From: Fimicolochytrium jonesii
Taxonomy: Eukaryota
Length of the DNA: 64,000 nt
Reading direction: 5' to 3'
Assembly: GCF_025526975.1 (NCBI RefSeq)
Contig: NW_026515681.1
Location: 1-64,000, forward strand
Both the position numbers and the translations under genes were made by a program. Positions within the stretch are counted from its first letter, which is position 1. Every line of letters begins with the position of its first letter. The notes under the pieces are model-generated. The model was not told the origin of the DNA. It made no database searches and was given only the letters and a program-made list of their open reading frames with translations. Below, in pieces: positions 56,979 through 64,000 of the stretch.

Positions 56979-59059
56979 ATGTTCCCGTCCGCCAACCAAG
57001 AGCAAGCGTCCGGAGGCGCGGACGTGCCCTCCTGCGAGCAACAAAAACAGCTGGCTCTCACCAACAGCTTTCTGCTGGACCTGAAGGCGAGGAAGGAGAA
57101 GGTAAGGTCTGTCCTTATGTTCAATCCCCACGCTTGCGAATACGTCTCTCAGGTTGAAAGCTGTCTACAAACGTCTTTCATTAATTCGAGATGTGTGTAG
57201 CTCCTTGCGGAAATCACGGCACAGCTATCAACGATCAACGAAGGGCTGGCAAGCCTGGCAGAGCACGGAGGAGGCGTTGTTGCTCCAAAAGCGGCTCCAG
57301 ACACTGACCACGTAGACTTCTCGGATGTAGGCATGAGAGGGATGGCATTTATGAACTTCATCTGACTCTTTCGGTCAAAGTCGTTAGGAGACGGTTCACA
57401 AGCGACGTCCGTAACGTCGAAAAATGATAGTTCGCAGGGCATAGAACAAAAGCTACCTGCCAGTGGTACAGACTTCGTGCAGGACCACCTCGAAGATCTG
57501 CAAGAGGTGTACCTCCAAAGTCGGTCTATCGGTATGTGCAGTCTCTCAACACCTTTCTAGTGCGGACTTCTCTCTGACAACCGATGGTTTTGCAGATGAT
57601 AGTTTCCGGTCAATTAGTGATTTCTCGGATACTCTATCCCGTCTCTCGAAATACTCTCGTTTGAAACCCGTCGCCAGTCTTGACTATGCCCACGGACTCT
57701 ATACCGGCAAAGCATCCATAATCTGCTCAATCGATTTCGACAAAGATGACGAGTTCTTCGCCACGGCCGGCGTCCTCAAGAAAATCAAAATCTTTGACTT
57801 TGCTAACGTACTGCATGACTACGTGAAGAACTCAACCTTGGTTGCCGACGAGGAGATTGCCAGCGCCAAGACTAGTTCTTCGCCGTTGAGTGCCAATAGA
57901 AAGCGGAAACGGAGTCAAATGGCATCTGAGAGTGAGGAAGCAGACAGCCAGGGGGATATGGTACCTAGGTTCCCGGTGATAGAGATCGATTGTCCATCTA
58001 AAGTCAGGTACAGTGATGACTTTCTGCTCGACCTTCGAAACGGGATTGTCGCTAACAAACAGGTATTACGTCCCGCAGTTGCCTAGCATGGGACCCGGAG
58101 GAAAAATCACGCCTTGCATCAGCGGACTATGAAGGCGTATTACGGTTATGGGATTCCTCCAATGGGCAGCTGGTGCAGTCCCATGAAGAGCACGAAAATC
58201 GTATATGGTCGCTGGATTGGTGTCCGTCGGAAAAGAGCCGGTTTGCGAGTGCCAGTGACGATGCCAAAGGTAAGATATCGGATCATGTCCTCACGGTGGC
58301 ATATGGCGACTAACGTCAGCCGGTAGGAAAAATCTGGACGGTCAACCAAAAGGATGCTGTGGCAACCGTCTCCAGTGTCGCAAACCTCTGCTCGGTCCGC
58401 TGGAACCCCACCGTCCCTCACCATGTTGCATTTGGATCTGCAGGTTAGGCCCAACTCTTTTCGGGACACCCACGCGCCTTGCTTATCAGTCCCCTTTTTG
58501 GCATCCATAGATCATCACATCCACTATTACGACATCCGCAACCTGCACCACCCATTACACATCTTCAGAGGCCACCGCCGCGCCGTCTCCTACGTCCGCT
58601 TCAAAGACCACGACACACTTATCTCCTGTTCCACGGACTGCACCATGCGAATGTGGAAGCTGTCCGAATCCTTCCAAACGGGCGAATCGCAATGTGTACG
58701 GACCTTCAGCGGGCACCTTAACGAGAAGAACTTTGTGGGCATGAGTCTGGATTGCAATGGAGAGTTTTTGGCCTGTGGGTCCGAGACCAATGATGTCGTT
58801 GTGTACTGGTGGCAGCTGCCCAAGCCGTTTATTGTGACGAGGATGGCGAGCATGCCGAATTGGTTGACGGTAGGCTGGTATACGCCACAACGCGGTACAC
58901 CAATCAATCGTTGACCCGCTCTCTTCCATTTAGGGCAAACGCGCTCGGCAAGACGATTCAGACCACTTCATCAGCTCCCTGTCATGGCAGCGAACGGCAC
59001 CGGGACGACTCATCGCCGCCAACTCGCAAGGGAAGGTGACCGTCATGGAGATGGTTTGA
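56979..59059 (+). CDS. COP1/SPA-family coiled-coil plus WD40 protein, apparently without RING finger (multi-exon)
   Basis: SIICSIDFDKDDEFFATAGVLKKIKIF, LASADYEG, ASASDDAK, GHRRAVSYVRF, GHLNEKNFVG, ACGSETN and C-terminal LIAANSQG...V* are COP1 WD40 signatures. Confidence 0.9.
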
Positions 59060-60147
59060 AAATCGCACAGCTTTTGTAAGTGGAATATGCGCACCCCGGA
59101 GACGACCTTTGCGGCACCTTGCAGATTGCCTCGGAGAACTTATGTTCCGGTGCTAACTACTCGGGCGCTACAACCTTGCAGAATCCCCATTATATATGCT
59201 CCAAGGTGGTCAGAGATAGGCGGTAGCATAACAGTACATTAGGCTTAGAGACGGGTGTCGGCGGAGAAATAGCACTATTACTATCATTATGTTTGCATTA
59301 TTCCGAGAGTGGCCGTAGGTCAGCCCTGTTTATCGAACCTCGAATAAAGTTGGCTTTTTGGGAGCAAGTCGATATCACATGAGTCTCTCAGACGATCATG
59401 CACGGAACAAAAGCCGATGGTGCGGCGGGATGTCAGCCGGGAGTGTCTGGACTCCAGCCAAGTCTCGTGTTCCCTTGTCGTTTCGGATTGAACCGCGTTA
59501 ATTTTGAAGGCAATCGAGGCTTCAGTCTTTCCACTTCTGTCCACTCTTCCTCCTGTTAAATACTATGACCATCCCGTCCAAGCCACGGGCCTCAACTCCT
59601 CGGGAAAGGATGTATTCCGAGATGCGGTCTCGCTGAAGTGTCGAGAGATCGACGATGGTCGCTGCACAGTACATGATGGACATGCCTGTATTTGGTGCAG
59701 ATGTGAAGCGCACAACGCAAACAGGTCCATCATGTACTGGGCGACCACCACAGCCTCTTGTTCCCGTCATCCGAGCCCGCTGATCTCCGACACGTCTATA
59801 AGGATTGCGATTTGCTCCATAAGCTCAACACGATCATTTGTTATGGCCCCCCCATATTGGGGCGGCCTCACGATCGAGAACCACTTTCGCATGCAGGTCA
59901 AAGAACTTGCGGTCCGGTCTGTTCACATGAAAGCCATCAAGCAAAAGCTACCGACCCTGTGCTTTATCAAGGTGGGGTGATGCGGCAAACCATCTCTCCC
60001 TCGCTCGTCCGTCTCGGTGGCGTCGATAACCCAGTAGAAGCGCCCCGAAATTGAAAGTCAGAGTGGACCGGAACGTGCCGCTGGGATTGACCGACGTTTT
60101 GCTTGAGTCTGATAACGTCGTTGGGATCAAGCTCGCGAACAGACATT

Positions 60148-60193
60148 GAGGAGGAGGAGGAGGAGGAGGAGGAGGAGGAGGAGGGAGGGAGGA
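60148..60193. repeat. (GAG)n microsatellite; also (CAGA)n at ~60292-60310
   Basis: Directly visible upstream of the EH-domain gene. Confidence 0.9.
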
Positions 60194-60448
60194 CGCGCCG
60201 CCCGCTTGTTGTTCCTGTGACGTGTTGCGCCCAGAGTGGAGGTCAACCGCTAGCCCTTGTTACAGTATAATATCGCTCGCAAACCGCTAAGCAGACAGAC
60301 AGACAGACAGCTGGACGGGCCATATCGCAACACACAGCTGCCTAGACAACTCAGAGCTCGCTCTACCGAGGGCTAGTTATACGGCTGCAACAGGCGTCGC
60401 GCTTCTGGCTTCCCGTCTCACCTTCGATTGGTCATTCCCGCTGCAGTC

Positions 60449-63400
60449 ATGTCGTTCTACGGCACAGGCCAGCAGGGCGGGGCCGGAGGTGGTGGTGCTG
60501 GAGGTTATGGTCAACAACAGAACCAACAGCAGGGTTTCCAAGGAGGTCAGGCCTGGAACCAGCAACCACAGCAGCAGCAACAGCAGTACTATCAGCAGCA
60601 ACCCCAACAACAGCAATTCCAGCAACAGCCGCAACAACAACAACCACAAGCGCAATTTTCCAACGGACAGCAGATGCAGTCTAACGGTGGTACCGGAGGA
60701 GGCGCATCACTTGCAAGTCAAGGTGGGTGTGTTGTCCATCAATGAGATCCAGTGGAAGTGAGCCCGAGCGAAGCGAGGCGGATGAGCCAAAGGCACTCAT
60801 CATAGGCATACGCTGGGCCGATAGCATCGAGCTTCAACTGCAGCGAACGAAGCGAGGCGCATGGATGCTTCACGTGTAGTGAGGCCGAGCCTGTTTCGTG
60901 CATCACACATCCAGCCCAATACCCATTTCGCGAGAGGAGCGAGCGGCCTGTCGTCTACATCATTCCGTACTTACATATGTTCTTCCTGTCCACAGTCTCG
61001 CTGCCATTCATTGAGCAATCTGATCTTGTGAGTTATGAGGGCTTCTTCAAGCAGGCGGGACCTTCCGCTTCTGGTCAGCTCGCCGGTAAGATCTTTGATG
61101 GTACCGCTATTCAGATCATATGCGACTGCAAAAACTAATCCGTTCTTGCATGTGCTGTGATGCACCACATTAGCTGGGGCAGCTCGCAACTTCCTGCTCC
61201 AATCCGGCTTGCCGAATGAGATATTGGCACGCATCTGGACTCTCTCCGCTACGACCGGGCCAACCTTCCTCACATACGCAGAGTTCTGCGTAGCCATGCA
61301 TCTCGCAAAGCTGGCTCGCAACGGAACCTTCCCGGCTTCCCAATTACCGGACGCTGTACGACAACATTTAGCCGCGAGCAACGCGAACCTGTTTGGCCGA
61401 GGTGGTGGACAGCAACAGCCGCCTCATCAGCAGATACCCACACACGACACTGGAATGTCGCATCTGACAGTCGCGTCCTCAGGAAACGTGAGCGCTCATT
61501 CGACAGGTGGCGGCTATGGCGGACACCAACCAGCCCCTACAGTATACCCATCCGGCCAAACCAGTCAACACAACACTGGAGGGCCCAACCCGCGATCTGG
61601 CGGTTTCACCGGTGTACCGACGGGAGTCACTGTCCTGGACGGCTTCGCAGGACCTCTAGTGGCTCAGGCGCCCACCCATCAACAGCAACAGCACCAGCAA
61701 CAACGGAGGTGGGCGGTAGACCCGACGGAGAAGCAGCAGTATGATGCCATTTTCAAGGTGTGGGATCCGCAGAACTCGGGATATATTTCGGGAGATCGCG
61801 CACGGTCGATTTTCACGCAGTCTGGGCTTCCGGACGGGATACTGGGACATATCTGGTTCGTACAATCGAATCAGAAATGCGATAATCGTCTCCTTATTCT
61901 CACCTCTCTCCGGTCTTTCGAATAGGAACCTAGCAGACATGCAAAATCACGGCAAACTCAACGCCGACGAATTCGCCGTCGCCATGCACCTCGTCTACCA
62001 AAAACTCAACGGCCGCGATCTCCCTCAAACCTTACCCCCTGAACTCATCCCGCCTTCCACGCGCGACCTCGACTCCCTCACCTCCCTCGCTAAAAGCCAA
62101 CTCCTAACAGACATCGTCCAGAAAAAGAACCTGGGACAATCATCCCCGCATGCGAGTACCAGTAGCCTGTTTGGGAGTAATGATCCCCTGGGCATTGCGT
62201 CCTCGGCGGGGAACAGCCCGAATCTGGGTGAACGGAGGAAAGTGCAGGAACAACGAGACGCGGAGGAGAGTAAGAGGAGGGCGGTTGTGAGCCAGTTGGA
62301 GGAGAAGAAGAAGGAGTTGGCTGCGGTCAAGGAAGGGATCGCAACTGCAAACAAAACAGCAACACAGACGAAGATCGAGGTGGACAAACTCCTAGCTGAA
62401 GCACGACGATCCCATGCGCAGGTGAAATCTTCTCGCCCGGGCTCTGGATCGGGTGGCGACGCTACACGTGTAAAAGACCAAGCAACGACCATGGAACGCG
62501 AGATCAACGCCCTGCTTGCGGATTGCAGACAATTGGCCAACACCCAGGCCGACAAGAAAATCCGGAAGGCGCAGGGCGGGTCTTTGATTGCGACACCGGC
62601 AGCGGGCCCGGATGCGTTGCAGAGTAAGGCGGCGGCGTTGTTGGCGGCGAGGATGGCCGCGTTGGGTGTTAGTGCGCCTGCTTCACCGGTCTCGGCGCCG
62701 GTCTCGGCGCCTTCGTCGGCACAGACAGACCACGCGGCCGTACCCGCCGCAGAAACGGAGAAGCGGAATATTTTGAAAGAGTTGGACGACGCCGCTGACC
62801 GTGTTCGCTCACTCATGGCCCAAATCAACGCTGTCAAAGTGACCGGAGGGAATAATGGAGGTGCGGGATGGAACCCGAGCGTTGCGGAACGGGTGAAATG
62901 GGAACAGGGTGTGGGCGTGAAGAGTAAGGATGTACGGAGGGTTGTGTTGGAGTTAGGCGGTGCTGCTTCCGGTTCGCCGGTCACGCCGAGGGAGTCGACT
63001 ACAGGAGGCTTCCTATCCCCCACCCCCACCCCCACCACCACAACCTCCGTCCTTTCCAAGGTCGGCGCTGCGGCCGGAACAGTCATCGGAGCCGTTGCGG
63101 GGACCGTCGCTGCCGCTACACATGTTGTCACCGACATTGCGTCCTCGGCGGTCTCACCCGTGTCACCGAAACCGACACAACCACCGCCGCCGTCTGCGGC
63201 GGCGCTGTTTGCGAATTTGACGAATGCGCCGGGGGTGCCTGCTAATTATTTCACGGCGTTGCCTGGCACGGGAGCGGGGAGTAAACCTGCCTTGTCGGAT
63301 ACCACGGGTGTTACGTCCCCTGTGAAATCTACCCCGCCAACTTCTGCACATACGGATAAGCCAAGTGCGTCGAACACCACAACGGGGGGCGTCGCGGCCG

Positions 63401-64000
63401 CTGTAAAGAGCGCGTTGACCACCACCGCGGCCGCCGTAAAGAGTGCGCTGCCAACCACTGCACCTACACTCCCCGACCGGTCTCCATCCACCCCAACTGG
63501 GGATACAAACCCCGCACCCCCGCCCCCACCACCACCACCAACCAGCACCCCGTCATTCGGGCCACCCACCCTCCAACCAGCACAATCACCTTTCACATCG
63601 TACCAACCCACCCAATCCATCCCAGCAACAGCGGCGTTGGCAGGTACGGGCGTAAACGACGTCGTGGCCCAGGCTGCCGCAGCTATCAAAGCCGTCAAGG
63701 AACGCCAGGCTGCTAAACTAGCCGCCTCGGCTCCGGGTACGCCGACAACACCAAGTCGGAACCCGTTCGCGAGTTTGGGTACGTCTCAGCCCGCTTCGCC
63801 CGTTAGATCTTCCGGGGATCCGTTCGGGGCGTTCGGACTCGGTGGTGGGAGCGGCGCAGCACCCACACCGTCCCAGCCTGCCTCCCCTATCAAATCTTCC
63901 GCAGATCCCTTTGCATCTCTCGGGTTTGGGAGTAGTGGTGGCGGCGGGGGAAAAGAGGGAGTGGAGGAAGAAGATGAAGTAGAGAAAGCGATGAGGAGGT
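60449..64000 (+). CDS. Pan1-like EH-domain endocytic scaffold (multi-exon, 3' end beyond window)
   Basis: Gln/Gly-rich N-terminus; two EH domains (QSGLPNEILARIWTLS...EFCVAMHL and QSGLPDGILGHIW...DEFAVAMHL...LPPELIPPS); coiled coil; Pro-rich region with NPF and DPF motifs. Confidence 0.88.

Noticed and set aside
38022..59059. Apparent cluster of RNA/protein quality-control genes (SWT1, ASCC2, proteasome beta2, COP1-like)
   Set aside because: Interspersed with unrelated genes in mixed orientations; no evidence of a functional cluster without synteny data.
59300..60130. Possible small gene between the COP1-like and Pan1-like genes
   Set aside because: Could not assemble a convincing spliced product or recognise a domain.
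62025..63698. Minus-strand ORFs of 370 and 150 aa
   Set aside because: Antisense to the open plus-strand Pan1-like exon, which the ORF track omits because it has no stop within the window.

Overview
This is eukaryotic DNA, most likely from a zoosporic (chytrid-like) fungus. That is an inference from the short GT-AG introns and from the co-occurrence of an AA9-CBM1 LPMO with a Venus-flytrap class C GPCR, a COP1-type WD40 gene and a Chibby-like basal-body gene. Bases 1-21353 are a nest of Ty3/Gypsy chromovirus LTR retrotransposons from two families. In the A/B/D family, LTRs end TGTTATG...CATAACA. Element A is young, with apparently identical LTRs, a GCTTC target duplication and a Tf1-type self-priming site, yet it lacks the RT and integrase cores. 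Family C has ~275-bp LTRs and two copies in inverted orientation. A 114-bp Tc1/mariner-type MITE follows the nest. From 22.8 kb to the end is gene-dense host sequence: AA9-CBM1 LPMO, ABCG half-transporter, GABA-B-like class C GPCR, two large PPR-like proteins, SWT1-like PIN nuclease, ASCC2/Cue3-like CUE protein, Chibby-like protein, two hypothetical proteins, proteasome beta2, a RING-less COP1/SPA-like protein and a Pan1-like EH protein that runs off the window. All calls were made by eye from motifs, no searches were run, and exon boundaries are approximate.
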